Source: Haloferacaceae archaeon 50 (lineage in GTDB: Archaea > Halobacteriota > Halobacteria > Halobacteriales > Haloferacaceae). From it: a stretch of DNA of 64,000 bases. The notes under the pieces were generated by a model. The model had not been told where the DNA came from. It did no database searches and was given only the letters and a program-made list of their open reading frames with translations. Both the position numbers and the translations under genes were made by a program. Location of the stretch: assembly GCA_046097085.1 (NCBI GenBank), contig CP175567.1:1355875-1419874 (forward strand), written 5' to 3'. Shown here in pieces: positions 9,681 to 20,208 of this stretch (position 1 is the first letter of the stretch; each line of letters opens with the position of its first letter).

Positions 9681-9717
9681 GTCGCCCTACCTTCGGATTA
9701 TGTAGCGATAGAGTTCT

Positions 9718-11772
9718 ATGAGCAACGACATGGACAAAGACGAAAACCTCCCGGAAACGGGGGCAGGCGACGGGGCCACGTCGGGGGGACGCGACCACTC
9801 CAACTCCCCCGCCGACAGGTCGGAGGGGTCGATCGACGACCTCGGTAGCGACGTCGAAGTCGAAGCCGACGTCGCGGACGATATCGACGAGGACGACCTC
9901 CTCGGCGGGCTACAGATAGACAGCACCGCCGACATCGAGGTCCCCGACCGACTCGTCGACCAAGTCATCGGGCAGGACCACGCCCGCGACGTGGTGATGA
10001 AGGCCGCCAAACAGCGGCGCCACGTCATGATGATCGGGTCGCCGGGCACGGGTAAGTCGATGCTCGCGAAAGCGATGGCAGAACTCCTCCCCAAGGAGGA
10101 TCTGCAGGACGTTCTGGTCTACCACAACCCGGACGACGGCAACAACCCCAAGGTCCGGACTGTCCCGGCCGGGAAAGGCGAACAGATCGTCGAGGCCCAC
10201 AAGGAGGAAGCCCGCAAGCGCAACCAGATGCGGTCGTTCCTCATGTGGATAATCATCGCCATCGTCCTCGGCTACTCGCTCATCATCGCTCAGCAGGTGC
10301 TCTTGGGTATCCTCGCGGCGGGTATCATCTACCTCGCGTTCCGCTACGGGTCGCGCTCCAGCGACTCGATGATCCCCAACCTCATCGTGAACCACGCGGA
10401 CGACGCCACCGCGCCCTTCGAGGACGCGACCGGCGCGCACGCGGGTGCACTGCTTGGCGACGTGCGCCACGACCCGTTCCAGTCGGGCGGCATGGAGACG
10501 CCCAGCCACGACCGGGTCGAACCCGGGGCCATCCACAAGGCCAACAAGGGCGTACTGTTCATCGACGAGATAAACACGCTCGACATCCGGTCCCAGCAGC
10601 ACCTCATGACCGCGATTCAGGAGGGCGAGTTCGGCATCACGGGCCAGTCCGAGCGCTCCTCGGGCGCGATGGTCCAGACCGAACCCGTGCCGACGGACTT
10701 CGTGATGGTCGCGGCCGGCAACCTCGACGCGATGGAGAACATGCACCCCGCGCTCCGCTCCCGCATCAAGGGGTACGGGTACGAGGTGTACATGGACGAC
10801 ACCATCGAGGACACGCCGGAGATGCGCCGGAAGTACGCTCGGTTCGTCGCACAGGAGGTGGCCAAGGACGGCCGCCTGCCGCACTTCACCGAGGAGGCGA
10901 TGGAGGAGGTCATCCTCGAAGCCCGCCGCCGCGCGGGTCGGAAGGGTCACCTCACGCTCGAACTCCGGAACCTCGGCGGTCTGGTGCGCGTCTCCGGCGA
11001 CATCGCGCGCTCCGAGGACGCCGAGGCCACCACCCGCGAGCACGTGCTGCAGGCCAAGGGCCGCTCGCGCTCCATCGAGCAGCAGCTCGCCGACGACTAC
11101 ATCGAGCGCCGCAAGGACTACGAGCTCCAGATAAACGAGGGCTACCAGGTCGGCCGCGTCAACGGGCTGGCCGTCATGGGCGAGGACTCGGGCATCGTGA
11201 TGCCCGTCATGGCCGAAGTGGCCCCCTCGCAGGGTCCCGGCGAGGTCATCGCCACCGGGAAGCTCCAGGACATCGCCGAGGAGGCGGTCCAGAACGTTTC
11301 GGCCATCATCAAGAAGTTCAGCGGGGAGGACATCAACCAGAAGGACATCCACATCCAGTTCGTCCAGTCCTACGAGGGCGTGCAGGGAGACTCCGCCTCG
11401 GTCACCGTGGCCACGGCGGTCATCTCCGCGCTGGAGAACGTCGGCGTCGACCAGAGCCTCGCCATGACCGGGTCGCTCTCGGTCCGCGGCGACGTGCTGC
11501 CGGTCGGCGGCGTGACCCACAAGATAGAGGCCGCGGCAAAGACGGGGATGGACCGGGTCATCATCCCGAAGGCCAACATGCAGGACGTGATGATAGAGGA
11601 CGAGTACAAGGACATGATAGAGATAATCCCGGTGGAGCACATCAGCGAGGTGCTCGACATCGCGCTCGAAGGCGAACCCGAGAAGGACTCGCTGGTCGAC
11701 CGCCTCAAGAGCATCACCGGGTCCGCACTCGACAAGCAGGGCGTCGGGCCGTCGAGTCCCAGCCCGCAGTAA
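9718..11772 (+). CDS. lon: archaeal membrane-bound ATP-dependent Lon protease (LonB)
   Basis: 684 aa; Walker A GSPGTGKS, transmembrane insertion ([17 protein letters not shown]...), C-terminal Lon proteolytic domain with catalytic Ser region ([17 protein letters not shown]). Confidence 0.95.
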   Translation: MSNDMDKDENLPETGAGDGATSGGRDHSNSPADRSEGSIDDLGSDVEVEADVADDIDEDDLLGGLQIDSTADIEVPDRLVDQVIGQDHARDVVMKAAKQRRHVMMIGSPGTGKSMLAKAMAELLPKEDLQDVLVYHNPDDGNNPKVRTVPAGKGEQIVEAHKEEARKRNQMRSFLMWIIIAIVLGYSLIIAQQVLLGILAAGIIYLAFRYGSRSSDSMIPNLIVNHADDATAPFEDATGAHAGALLGDVRHDPFQSGGMETPSHDRVEPGAIHKANKGVLFIDEINTLDIRSQQHLMTAIQEGEFGITGQSERSSGAMVQTEPVPTDFVMVAAGNLDAMENMHPALRSRIKGYGYEVYMDDTIEDTPEMRRKYARFVAQEVAKDGRLPHFTEEAMEEVILEARRRAGRKGHLTLELRNLGGLVRVSGDIARSEDAEATTREHVLQAKGRSRSIEQQLADDYIERRKDYELQINEGYQVGRVNGLAVMGEDSGIVMPVMAEVAPSQGPGEVIATGKLQDIAEEAVQNVSAIIKKFSGEDINQKDIHIQFVQSYEGVQGDSASVTVATAVISALENVGVDQSLAMTGSLSVRGDVLPVGGVTHKIEAAAKTGMDRVIIPKANMQDVMIEDEYKDMIEIIPVEHISEVLDIALEGEPEKDSLVDRLKSITGSALDKQGVGPSSPSPQ

Positions 11773-11780
11773 GCAGATAG

Positions 11781-12755
11781 ATGGCAGAGTGGGGGACGTT
11801 CGCGGGCTTCGCGGGCGTCGTCCTCACGGCGTTACTTTTTCTCGCGTACGTGTCGCAGGGCTCCCTGAGCGGCGCCGAGAGGGAGTCGTCGGCCGAGAGT
11901 GACCCCGACGACGCCGCCACCGACGCCGACGCTCACGGACCCGTCCCGGCCGTCGCGCCCGACGCGGAGGGCGACGACGGCGACGAACCGTCCGCCGACG
12001 CGCCGCGGCGTCGCCCCAACGGCGGGACGGTGGACCGCTCGGACGCCGCCCTCGACGCCGGGGACGACCCCCGACGGGAGGACCCGGACGGGCCGGCCCA
12101 CCGGCAGTTGCGCGAGATGGGCGACGGGACGGGCGAACTCTCGACCGGGATGCTTCTCGTGAACGTCGCGCTCTCGCAGGGCTTCCTCGGCGGACTGCTC
12201 GTACTCGGGGCGTGGTACACCGGCGTGCCGCTCTCGGCGCTAGGTCTCGGCCCCGCGGCGTTCGCCCCCGCCGTCCTCCTCGCGGGCGTCGGCGTCGGCG
12301 TCGGCCTCTACGTCGCCAACGAGGTAGGCGCGGCCGTGGGCGAGCGGTTCGGTCTCGGCGGGTCCGAGGAACTGCGGTCGGCGCTGGCTCCCGACTCCGC
12401 GCGGGGGTGGGTGCTCCTCTTCGGCGGCGTCCTGCCCGTCATCGCCGCGTTCGAGGAGTTCCTGTTCCGGGCCGTTCTCGTGGGCGCGTTCGCTACGGGG
12501 TTCGGCGTCTCGCCGTGGGTGCTCGCGGTGCTCTCCTCCGTGGCGTTCGCGGCGGGCCACGGCGCGCAGGGGCCGGCGGGCGTGGCCGTGACCGGTGCGC
12601 TCGGGTTCGTCCTCGCCGCCGCGTTCGTCCTGACGGGGAGCCTCGCCGCCGTCGTCGTCGCCCACTACCTCGTCAACGCGCTCGAGTTCGCGGTCCACGA
12701 GGGACTCGGCGTCGAGTGGACCGACCGCGGCGGCGGACGCGCCGACGGGGGGTAG
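11781..12755 (+). CDS. CPBP-family intramembrane glutamic endopeptidase (CAAX protease homologue)
   Basis: 324 aa; multi-TM with EEFLFRAVL motif (EExxxR) and FAAGH motif characteristic of CPBP/Abi proteases; immediately downstream of lon as in many haloarchaea. Confidence 0.8.
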   Translation: MAEWGTFAGFAGVVLTALLFLAYVSQGSLSGAERESSAESDPDDAATDADAHGPVPAVAPDAEGDDGDEPSADAPRRRPNGGTVDRSDAALDAGDDPRREDPDGPAHRQLREMGDGTGELSTGMLLVNVALSQGFLGGLLVLGAWYTGVPLSALGLGPAAFAPAVLLAGVGVGVGLYVANEVGAAVGERFGLGGSEELRSALAPDSARGWVLLFGGVLPVIAAFEEFLFRAVLVGAFATGFGVSPWVLAVLSSVAFAAGHGAQGPAGVAVTGALGFVLAAAFVLTGSLAAVVVAHYLVNALEFAVHEGLGVEWTDRGGGRADGG

Positions 12756-12805
12756 GCCGGGGTTATTTCACCAACCACCATGTGATATTACGCGGGGATA
12801 GGACC

Positions 12806-12928
12806 GTGACAACCAGAAGTCTCTATCGGTGTACGTCGTGCGGGTGGACTGGTCGACGCACAGAACTCGACGACGCCCACGGCGGACCGGAGTGTCCGTC
12901 GTGCGGCGCGCGCGTCCTCGTCGGCTGA
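12806..12928 (+). CDS. possible micro-protein: 40-aa zinc ribbon (CxxC-N17-CxxC)
   Basis: GTG-initiated frame VTTRSLYRCTSCGWTGRRTELDDAHGGPECPSCGARVLVG* preceded by an AT-rich stretch (ttatttcaccaaccaccatgtgatatta); lies in the tail of a long Arg-rich spurious ORF. Confidence 0.3.
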   Translation: MTTRSLYRCTSCGWTGRRTELDDAHGGPECPSCGARVLVG

Positions 12929-12950
12929 GGGCGTCGCGGCCGTTTTTTCG

Positions 12951-13403
12951 TCACTCCCGTTCCAGCGCGCGGAGTCGGTCCGCCACCTCGGCGGGCGTCG
13001 CGCCCGCGGCGTCGACGCGGTGGTCGGGCACGAACAGCGGAACCGGGTTCTCCGAGAGCGCCGTCCGTACCGTGCGTACGTCGTCCTCGTCGTCGCCGTC
13101 GAGTCCGGCGAGGCGGGCGAGGCGGGCGACCGACACCTGTTCGCCGTAGGGGACGTTCCGCACCGCGTCGAGGACCCGCCGCTGGTCGGTGGGGACGGTC
13201 AGCGCCACCTCCACGTCGTCGAAGTGGTCCTCCGCGCCGTCGAGGTAGTCGAACACCCGGTCGAGAAGCGGGTGGTCGGGGTCGGCGTCCGCGGGGGCCT
13301 CCCCCGGGAACGAGACGCTGATGGCGCGTCCGCTCGCCACTCCTATCTGGACGGCACGTCCCAGCGTCGGCGACTCGCGCGCGTAGATGCCTGCCTCCTT
13401 CAT
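12951..13403 (-). CDS. Ogt/MGMT-family protein with PDHRV replacing the PCHRV active site (alkyltransferase-like, probably non-catalytic)
   Basis: True start is the internal Met (MKEAGIYARESPTLG...), giving 150 aa; C-terminal VPYGEQVSVARLARLAG...NPVPLFVPDHRVD matches the DNA-binding/active-site region of O6-alkylguanine alkyltransferases but Cys is Asp. Confidence 0.6.
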   Translation of the reverse strand: MKEAGIYARESPTLGRAVQIGVASGRAISVSFPGEAPADADPDHPLLDRVFDYLDGAEDHFDDVEVALTVPTDQRRVLDAVRNVPYGEQVSVARLARLAGLDGDDEDDVRTVRTALSENPVPLFVPDHRVDAAGATPAEVADRLRALERE

Positions 13404-13568
13404 GCGAGAACGAAGGGGCGTAGCGCCCTTGAAGCTTGCAACTCCGGGCGGCGGGTCGGCGGACGGCGACGGCGGGCGTGCGCGACGGGTTCGCGGGCGA
13501 CGCCGCCGGACGGAGGGGGTCCGGCGCGTGACGCAAACCTTATGGTCATATCCGTACGTTAGTGTACA

Positions 13569-14369
13569 ATGATGGATACTACCGACGACGACCTCGCGCC
13601 GGCGGTGCGCTCGATACTCGACGCCGCCGCGGCGCGCGAGGGGGGCGCGGAGCGACTGTCCGTCTCCGCGCGGTCCCTGCCGGCGGCGCTCTCGGCCGCC
13701 GAGGCGGACGGCCGCGTCCCGGTCATCGCAGAGGTCAAGCCCACGAGCCCCACGACGGAGGGCGAGCGAACCGACGACCCGGTCGACCTCGCGCGCGCGA
13801 TGGTCGACGGCGGCGCGGCGGCCCTGTCGGTGCTCACGGAACCCGAGCACTTCGGCGGGTCGCCCGAGAACCTCCGCCGGGTGCGCGAGGCGGTCGACGT
13901 GCCCGTCCTGCGGAAGGACTTCCTGCTCGAAGAAGCCCACCTTGACGCCGTCGCGGCCGACGCGGTGTTGCTCATCGCGCGGTTCGTCGACGACCTGCCG
14001 GGCATGGTGGCGGCCGCCGAGGAGCGGGGGATGCGACCGCTGGTCGAGGTCCACACCCGCGAGGAACTCGACCGGGCGGTCGAGGCGGGCGCGTCCGTCA
14101 TCGGCGTCAACAACCGCGACCTCGGGAAGTTGAAGGTCGACCTCGGCACGTTCGAGCGCGTCGCCCCGGACGCGCCGTCGGAGGCGACGCTGATAGCCGA
14201 GAGCGGCGTCTCGACGCCCGCCGACGCCCGGCGGATGCGCGAGGCGGGCGCGGACGGCCTGCTCGTCGGCACCGCCATCATGGACGGCGACCCCCGCGAG
14301 AACGCCGCGCGGTTCGCGGGCGCGGAACGGGACGCCGACGTCGCCGACGACGCGGAGGCGGTACGATGA
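13569..14369 (+). CDS. trpC: indole-3-glycerol-phosphate synthase
   Basis: 266 aa; [36 protein letters not shown] motifs of IGPS. Confidence 0.9.
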   Translation: MMDTTDDDLAPAVRSILDAAAAREGGAERLSVSARSLPAALSAAEADGRVPVIAEVKPTSPTTEGERTDDPVDLARAMVDGGAAALSVLTEPEHFGGSPENLRRVREAVDVPVLRKDFLLEEAHLDAVAADAVLLIARFVDDLPGMVAAAEERGMRPLVEVHTREELDRAVEAGASVIGVNNRDLGKLKVDLGTFERVAPDAPSEATLIAESGVSTPADARRMREAGADGLLVGTAIMDGDPRENAARFAGAERDADVADDAEAVR

Positions 14370-15679
14370 GCGCCGGCGGCGACGGCAAGTTCGGCGCGTA
14401 CGGCGGCCAGTACGTGCCCGAGGCGTTGATGCCCGCCATCGAGGAACTCACCGACGCCTACGAGCGGTACGTCCTCGACAACGAGGACGGCTTCGTGGAC
14501 GAGTTCCGCCGGCGTCTCCGGGACTTCGGCGGTCGGCCGACGCCCCTCCAGCACGCCGAACGCCTCTCGGAGCGCTACGGCCGCGACGTCTACCTCAAGC
14601 GCGAGGACCTGCTCCACGGCGGCGCGCACAAGTTGAACAACGCCCTCGGGCAGGTCCTGCTGGCGAAGTACATGGGCAAAGACCGCATCATCGCGGAGAC
14701 GGGCGCGGGTCAGCACGGCACCGCGACGGCGATGGCCTGCGCCCACCTCGACGTGCCCTGCGAGGTGTACATGGGCGAACGGGACATCAACCGCCAGCGC
14801 CCCAACGTGTTCCGGATGCGCATCAACGGCGCGGCGGTGAACCCCGTGTCGACGGGCCGGGGTACGCTCAAGGAGGCCATCAGCGAGACGATGCGCGACT
14901 GGGCCGCCAACGTCGAGGACACCCACTACGTCATCGGGTCGGTCGTCGGTCCCCACCCGTTCCCGAGCATGGTGCGGGACTTCCAGTCGGTCATCTCCGA
15001 GGAGGCGCGCGAACAGGCCCGGGAGAAGACCGGCGACCTGCCCGACAGCGTCGTCGCGTGTGCGGGCGGCGGGTCGAACACGATGGGCGCGTTCGCGGCG
15101 TTCGTCGGTAGCGCGGCGCTGTACTCCGCGGACCGTTCGAGCGACGCCGGAGGCGACGACGAGGTGTCCCTGTTCGCCGTTGAGGCGGGCGGGTCGTCGC
15201 TCGACGTGGACGAGGAGGCGGGCGTCGCACCCAACTCCGCGTCGCTCTCGACGGGCACGGAGGGCGTCCTCCACGGGGCGCGCACCCGCGTCCTGCAGGA
15301 CTCCGACGGGCAGATAATGGAGTCGCACTCGGTGTCGTCGGGCCTCGACTACGCGGGCGTCGGGCCGGAACTCGCCCACCTCGTTGACGAGGGGCGCGTG
15401 ACGGCGGTCAACGTCGACGACGACGACGCTCTGGAGGCGTTCCACCGCCTCTCGCAGACGGAGGGCGTCATTCCGGCGCTGGAGACGGCCCACGCGTTCG
15501 GCTACCTCGAACGGGTCGCGGGTCCGGACGCCGACCTGACTGCCGACCTCGGTGAGACGGTGGTCGTGACCGTCTCCGGGCGCGGCGACAAGGACCTCGA
15601 GTCGGTCATCGAGGAGACGGCCGGACGGGACGTGCCGAACGCGCCCGACATGGACGCCTTCTCGGGGGGTCTGCGATGA
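14366..15679 (+). CDS. trpB: tryptophan synthase beta subunit
   Basis: 437 aa; [24 protein letters not shown] (PLP-binding Lys), AETGAGQHG, overlaps trpC stop by 4 nt (ATGA). Confidence 0.95.
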   Translation: MSAGGDGKFGAYGGQYVPEALMPAIEELTDAYERYVLDNEDGFVDEFRRRLRDFGGRPTPLQHAERLSERYGRDVYLKREDLLHGGAHKLNNALGQVLLAKYMGKDRIIAETGAGQHGTATAMACAHLDVPCEVYMGERDINRQRPNVFRMRINGAAVNPVSTGRGTLKEAISETMRDWAANVEDTHYVIGSVVGPHPFPSMVRDFQSVISEEAREQAREKTGDLPDSVVACAGGGSNTMGAFAAFVGSAALYSADRSSDAGGDDEVSLFAVEAGGSSLDVDEEAGVAPNSASLSTGTEGVLHGARTRVLQDSDGQIMESHSVSSGLDYAGVGPELAHLVDEGRVTAVNVDDDDALEAFHRLSQTEGVIPALETAHAFGYLERVAGPDADLTADLGETVVVTVSGRGDKDLESVIEETAGRDVPNAPDMDAFSGGLR

Positions 15680-16512
15680 GCGGCATCGCGGAGGCGTTCG
15701 CCGACGGCCCGGCGTTCGTGCCCTACCTCGCGGCGGGCGACCCCGACTACGAGTCGTCGCTCGCGTACGTCGAGGCGCTGGAACGCGGCGGTGCGGACGT
15801 CATCGAACTCGGCCTGCCGTTCTCCGAGCCAATCGCGGAGGGGCCGACCATCCAAAGCGCAGTCGTGCGGTCGCTGGAGGGCGGCATGACGCCCGACCGC
15901 TTCTTCGAGTTCGTGACCGACCTCGACGTGGACGTGCCCCTCGTCTGCATGACCTACTACAACCTCATCTACCGCTACGGCGAGGCGGAGGGTCCAGAGC
16001 CGTTCGTGCGCCGGGCGGCCGAGGTGGGGATAGAGGGGTTCGTGGTGCCCGACCTGCCGGCCGAGGAGTCGGGACCGCTCCGGGCGGCGTGCGACGAACA
16101 CGGCCTCGACCTGATATTCGTGGTCGCGCCGACGACGCAGGGCGAGCGACTCGACCGCATCATGTCACAGGTGTCGGGCTACGTCTACGTGCAGGCGCGC
16201 CTCGGCACGACCGGCGCGCGCGACGACGTCTCCGACCAGACCGGTCAGAGCCTCGACCGCCTGCGCGAGTACGACATACCCAAGGCCGTGGGGTTCGGAA
16301 TCAAGACCGGCGACCACGCGGCGCGCATCGTCGAGGGGGGCGCGGACGGTATCATCGTCGGCAGCGCACTCGTCGACATCGTGGCGGAGGGCGTCGAGAC
16401 GGGCGCGAGCGCCGACGACGTCGCGGACCGTCTCGAAGCCAAGGCGAGCGAACTCAAGGAGGGTGCGGAGCGCGGGTTCGCGCAACGCCGACCGCATCCG
16501 GAACGCACATAA
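15676..16512 (+). CDS. trpA: tryptophan synthase alpha subunit
   Basis: 278 aa; [33 protein letters not shown] motifs of TrpA; overlaps trpB stop by 4 nt. Confidence 0.95.
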   Translation: MSGIAEAFADGPAFVPYLAAGDPDYESSLAYVEALERGGADVIELGLPFSEPIAEGPTIQSAVVRSLEGGMTPDRFFEFVTDLDVDVPLVCMTYYNLIYRYGEAEGPEPFVRRAAEVGIEGFVVPDLPAEESGPLRAACDEHGLDLIFVVAPTTQGERLDRIMSQVSGYVYVQARLGTTGARDDVSDQTGQSLDRLREYDIPKAVGFGIKTGDHAARIVEGGADGIIVGSALVDIVAEGVETGASADDVADRLEAKASELKEGAERGFAQRRPHPERT

Positions 16513-16539
16513 CTCCCGGTTGACAGAGGATAACATACT

Positions 16540-17340
16540 ATGGACGCAGGACTCACGGCACGAATCGAACGCATCTCCACAGACGGGCGCTTTCTCGTCG
16601 TCCCCATGGACCACGGCGTGACGCTCGGCCCGGTCAAGGGCCTGAAAGACCTCGAATCCACCGTCGGGGCGCTGGCGCGCGGGGGCGCGGACGCCGTACT
16701 CACGCAGAAGGGCGTCGCGCCGCGGGTGCACGCCGCGAAGGGCGACGCGGGCTTCATCGTCCACCTCAACGGCTCCACCGACATCGGTCCCGACGAGAAC
16801 GACAAGCGCCGCACCGGCAGTCTACGCGACGCCATCCGGGCCGGCGCCGACGCCGTCTCCTTCCACATCAACGTCGGGAGCCGGTACGAGCCCGACCAGA
16901 TGACTCAGCTGTCCGAACTCACCTCCGAGGCGGAGCGCTACGGGATGCCGGTGCTGGCGATGGCGTACGCCCGCGGCCCGGACGTGGACCCCGAGGACGA
17001 GGAGGCCATCGGCCACGCCGTCCGCCTCGCCGAGGAACTCGGCGCGCACGTGGTGAAGACGGGCTACAGCGGCGACGCCGACAGCTTCCGGCACGTCGTA
17101 GAGTCGACGCGCCTGCCCGTCGTGATAGCGGGCGGGAGCCGCGGCACCGACCGCGAGACGGTCGAGATGGTGCGCGGCGCGATGGACGCGGGCGCGGCGG
17201 GCGTCTCGATGGGTCGGAGCCTCTTCCAGCACGACGACCCCGAGGCCATCACGCGCGCCGTCGCGGGCGTCATCCACGACGGCGTCGACGCCGACGAGGC
17301 CCTCGGGCGCGCCGGTCTCTCCGCGACGCCCGAGGCGTAG
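16540..17340 (+). CDS. aroA': 2-amino-3,7-dideoxy-D-threo-hept-6-ulosonate synthase (archaeal ADH synthase, class I aldolase DhnA family)
   Basis: 266 aa; DhnA-type class I aldolase signature ([17 protein letters not shown] with Schiff-base Lys); positioned directly after trpCBA and before DHQ synthase II as in Halobacterium. Confidence 0.8.
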   Translation: MDAGLTARIERISTDGRFLVVPMDHGVTLGPVKGLKDLESTVGALARGGADAVLTQKGVAPRVHAAKGDAGFIVHLNGSTDIGPDENDKRRTGSLRDAIRAGADAVSFHINVGSRYEPDQMTQLSELTSEAERYGMPVLAMAYARGPDVDPEDEEAIGHAVRLAEELGAHVVKTGYSGDADSFRHVVESTRLPVVIAGGSRGTDRETVEMVRGAMDAGAAGVSMGRSLFQHDDPEAITRAVAGVIHDGVDADEALGRAGLSATPEA

Positions 17341-17417
17341 CGCCGCGCGGCGCCGCTCTCTCCTCGCCGGGTCGTACGCCCTGCCAACTTTTGGCACGGC
17401 CGGTCCAACGACAACGC

Positions 17418-18201
17418 ATGTCGGTCTCGTACGACTTCGCCGACCGGACCGTAATCGTGACTGGGGGCAGTTCGGGCATCGGCCGCGCCGCGGCCCGCCT
17501 GTTCGGCGAGGCGGGCGCGACGGTGGTCGTCGCCGACGTGCGCGAGGACCCCAAGGACCTCGGAGCGGAGACGCCGACCCACGAAGCCATCGCCGACGCG
17601 GGCGGCACGGCGGAGTACGTCGAGACGGACGTGTCCGACCCCGACGAGGTGTCGTCGGTGGTCGAGGCCGCCCGCGAGTACGGCGGCGTCGACGTGATGG
17701 TGAACAACGCCGGCCTCCAGATAGAGAGTTCGCTCCGCGACTTGACTCCCGAGGAGTTGGGCCGTATCGTCGACGTGAACGTGAAGGGGGTGTTCTACGG
17801 CGTGCAGGCCGCGGCCGAGGACATGATAGCGCGCGACGACCCGGGCGCCGTCGTCAACACGGCCTCAATCTCCTCGAACCTCGCTCAGCACGGACAGGTC
17901 CACTACGACACCACCAAGGGCGCCGTTCGGATGATAACCCGGGGCGCGGCGCTCGAACTCGCCGAGTACGGCGTCCGCGTCAACGCCGTCGCGCCGGGGC
18001 AGATAGCCACCGAGTTCGCCGAGGGGTGGACCGAGGAGGCGAGAGAAAGGCGAGACTGGCGACCTGCTGAAGCCGATTCCGCTCGGGCGGGCGGGCACGC
18101 CCGAGGACGTGGCCCCCGCGTTCGCGTGGCTGGCGAGCGAGGACGCCGGCTACGTCACGGGGGAACTCCTCCACGTCGACGGCGGGTGGCAGGTCGGATA
18201 G
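17418..18201 (+). CDS. short-chain dehydrogenase/reductase (SDR) family oxidoreductase; apparent +1 frameshift near 18040-18060
   Basis: Start at ATG 17418 ([23 protein letters not shown]; TTG at 17391 in track). NNAG and YxxxK SDR motifs present. After ...[14 protein letters not shown] the conserved SDR C-terminus ([47 protein letters not shown]) continues in the +1 frame, ending at 18201; the in-frame track ORF instead ends in Arg-rich nonsense at 18314. Confidence 0.65.
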
Positions 18202-18313
18202 GCGGGCCGGGTCCGCGGACGTCGTCCCGTCCCGCTCTCGCCGCCGCGGGCGTCGGACGGCCGGATTCGTGCGATTCGCCACGTTCAAGCCACCCGACCG
18301 AGTGCCTCCGGTA

Positions 18314-19570
18314 ATGACACGCACTGTCTGGCTCAAGGCCGACGACGCCGTCGGCGACTGGGAGACGCGGAAGCGACGCATCACGGCCGGACTGGAGTCT
18401 GGCGTCGACTGGGTCCTCGTCGACGAGGAGGACGTGGGTCGGGTCCGGGACCTCGGCGACGTGAACGTCGCGGCGTTCCGCACCGACCCCGACGCTACGG
18501 TGATGGACGACGGCGGCGAGGCCCTCTCCGAGGTCGACGAGGCGGACGTCGGCGGCGACGCGCGGGCCGACGCCTACGTCGTGGGCAAACAGGGCGAGGG
18601 CGACGGCACCGTCGAACTCCCCTCGGACTTCTCGGGGTCGGCCGACCTCACGACGCTCCGCCGGTCGGACGACCGGGCGCAGGGCGCGTACGTCCGCATC
18701 TTCGACGAGGACTACGAGGCGTTCGCCGAGACGGCGGCCCACGACGCCGACTACACGCTGGTGGTGGGCGAGAACTGGCAGATAATCCCGCTGGAGAACC
18801 TCATCGCGCGCATCGGCAACGAGACGGAACTGGTGGCGGGGGTCACCACGGCCGAGGAGGCCCGGACGGCGTTCGAGACGCTCGAACTCGGCTCCGACGG
18901 CGTACTGTTGGACACCGACGACCCCGACGAGATTCGGAAGACGGTCGAGGCGCGCGACGACGCCGAACGCGAGGAACTCGACCTCCAGTGGGCCACCGTG
19001 ACCGCCGTCGAACCCGTCGGCATGGCCGACCGGGTGTGCGTCGACACCGGGTCGCTGCTGGAACACGACGAGGGGATGCTCGTCGGGTCGATGTCACGCG
19101 GTCTCTTTCTCGTCCACGCGGAGACGGCCGAGTCGCCGTACGTCGCCTCCCGCCCGTTCCGGGTGAACGCGGGCGCGGTCCACGCCTACGTCCGGACGCC
19201 CGACGGCGGCACGAAGTACCTCTCGGAACTCAAGAGCGGCGACGAGGTGCAGGTGGTCAACACCGAGGGCAAGACGCGCGAGGCCATCGTCGGCCGGGTC
19301 AAGATAGAGAAGCGACCCATGTTCCGCGTCGAGGCCGAACTCGGCGGGGCCTCCGACTCTGAAGAGTCGGAGGCTCGCGAGGCGGCGGGACCGTCTCGCG
19401 GCGACCGCATCGAGACGCTCCTCCAGAACGCCGAGACCATCAAGGTCCCGACGAGCGACGGCCGCAAGGCGGTCACCGACCTCGAACCCGGCGACGAGAT
19501 GCTGGTCTACTACGAGGACACCGCGCGCCACTTCGGCGAGAAAGTCGAAGAGAGCATCATCGAGAAGTGA
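18314..19570 (+). CDS. aroB': 3-dehydroquinate synthase II (archaeal type)
   Basis: Start at internal ATG 18314 (MTRTVWLKADD...), 418 aa; length and conserved blocks (VGENWQIIPLENLIA, RPFRVNAGAVHAYV) match DHQ synthase II of the archaeal shikimate pathway variant. Confidence 0.85.
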   Translation: MTRTVWLKADDAVGDWETRKRRITAGLESGVDWVLVDEEDVGRVRDLGDVNVAAFRTDPDATVMDDGGEALSEVDEADVGGDARADAYVVGKQGEGDGTVELPSDFSGSADLTTLRRSDDRAQGAYVRIFDEDYEAFAETAAHDADYTLVVGENWQIIPLENLIARIGNETELVAGVTTAEEARTAFETLELGSDGVLLDTDDPDEIRKTVEARDDAEREELDLQWATVTAVEPVGMADRVCVDTGSLLEHDEGMLVGSMSRGLFLVHAETAESPYVASRPFRVNAGAVHAYVRTPDGGTKYLSELKSGDEVQVVNTEGKTREAIVGRVKIEKRPMFRVEAELGGASDSEESEAREAAGPSRGDRIETLLQNAETIKVPTSDGRKAVTDLEPGDEMLVYYEDTARHFGEKVEESIIEK

Positions 19571-19653
19571 CGTAGTCGCCGCGTCGCCCGCGCGGCGGCC
19601 GGGGTCGTCCGCCGTTCGCCGACCGCCGCCGACTCACGGACGCCCTGTCGGAC

Positions 19654-20085
19654 TCACAGACGTCCGTCGGCGTCGTCGCGCGCCTGGCCGCGGCCCTCCT
19701 CGGCGCCCTCCGCGTCGGCCGACAACCGTCGGGTGCACCAGTGACAGAAGTCGAGTCCCGGGTCCACCTCGCGCCCGCACTCCGGACAAGTCGACGCGTC
19801 TTCGTCGCCGGGGCCCTCCTCTCCGGTGGGTTCGCGGGCGGCGAGCAGATACGCGTCGACGGCGCTCAGGACGAACAAGCCGAGGAGCGGCAACACCACG
19901 GTGAGCGGCCACTCCCGCACGCCGGTGCTCGAGTCCGCGAACGCGCTGACGAGGACCACCGCAGTGGTGACGATGGTGAGAAACCACGCGGCCGCGCGAC
20001 CCCAGCGCCGGAGGTAGGCGTGGCCCAGTCCGGCGACTGCGAGTGCCAGTACAGCGGCGATTGCCGGCCGCGCGCGTCGTTCCAT
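19654..20085 (-). CDS. membrane protein with C-terminal zinc-ribbon (CPECG...CHWC), hypothetical
   Basis: 143 aa; three predicted TM helices then TCPECGREVDPGLDFCHWC. Confidence 0.5.
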   Translation of the reverse strand: MERRARPAIAAVLALAVAGLGHAYLRRWGRAAAWFLTIVTTAVVLVSAFADSSTGVREWPLTVVLPLLGLFVLSAVDAYLLAAREPTGEEGPGDEDASTCPECGREVDPGLDFCHWCTRRLSADAEGAEEGRGQARDDADGRL

Positions 20086-20208
20086 GGCCCGGACGTAGCG
20101 ACCGCGGGATACTGAAGCTTCTGCTCCGACGGTGGGGGAGCGTTCCGCCGCCGTCGTACAGGACGTGACGGAACGGGACGGAGGCGGCCGACGGGACCGC
20201 GCGCCGAG

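Noticed and set aside
9910-11640. 576-aa minus-strand ORF and 511-aa plus-strand ORF (10245-11780) overlapping lon
   Set aside because: Alternative frames of the Lon protease gene with Arg/His/Gly-rich low-complexity translations; the Lon frame carries all conserved motifs.
18202-18314. C-terminal Arg-rich tail of track ORF 17391-18314
   Set aside because: The conserved SDR C-terminus continues in the +1 frame and stops at 18201; the in-frame tail is non-homologous and overlaps aroB' (see frameshift finding).
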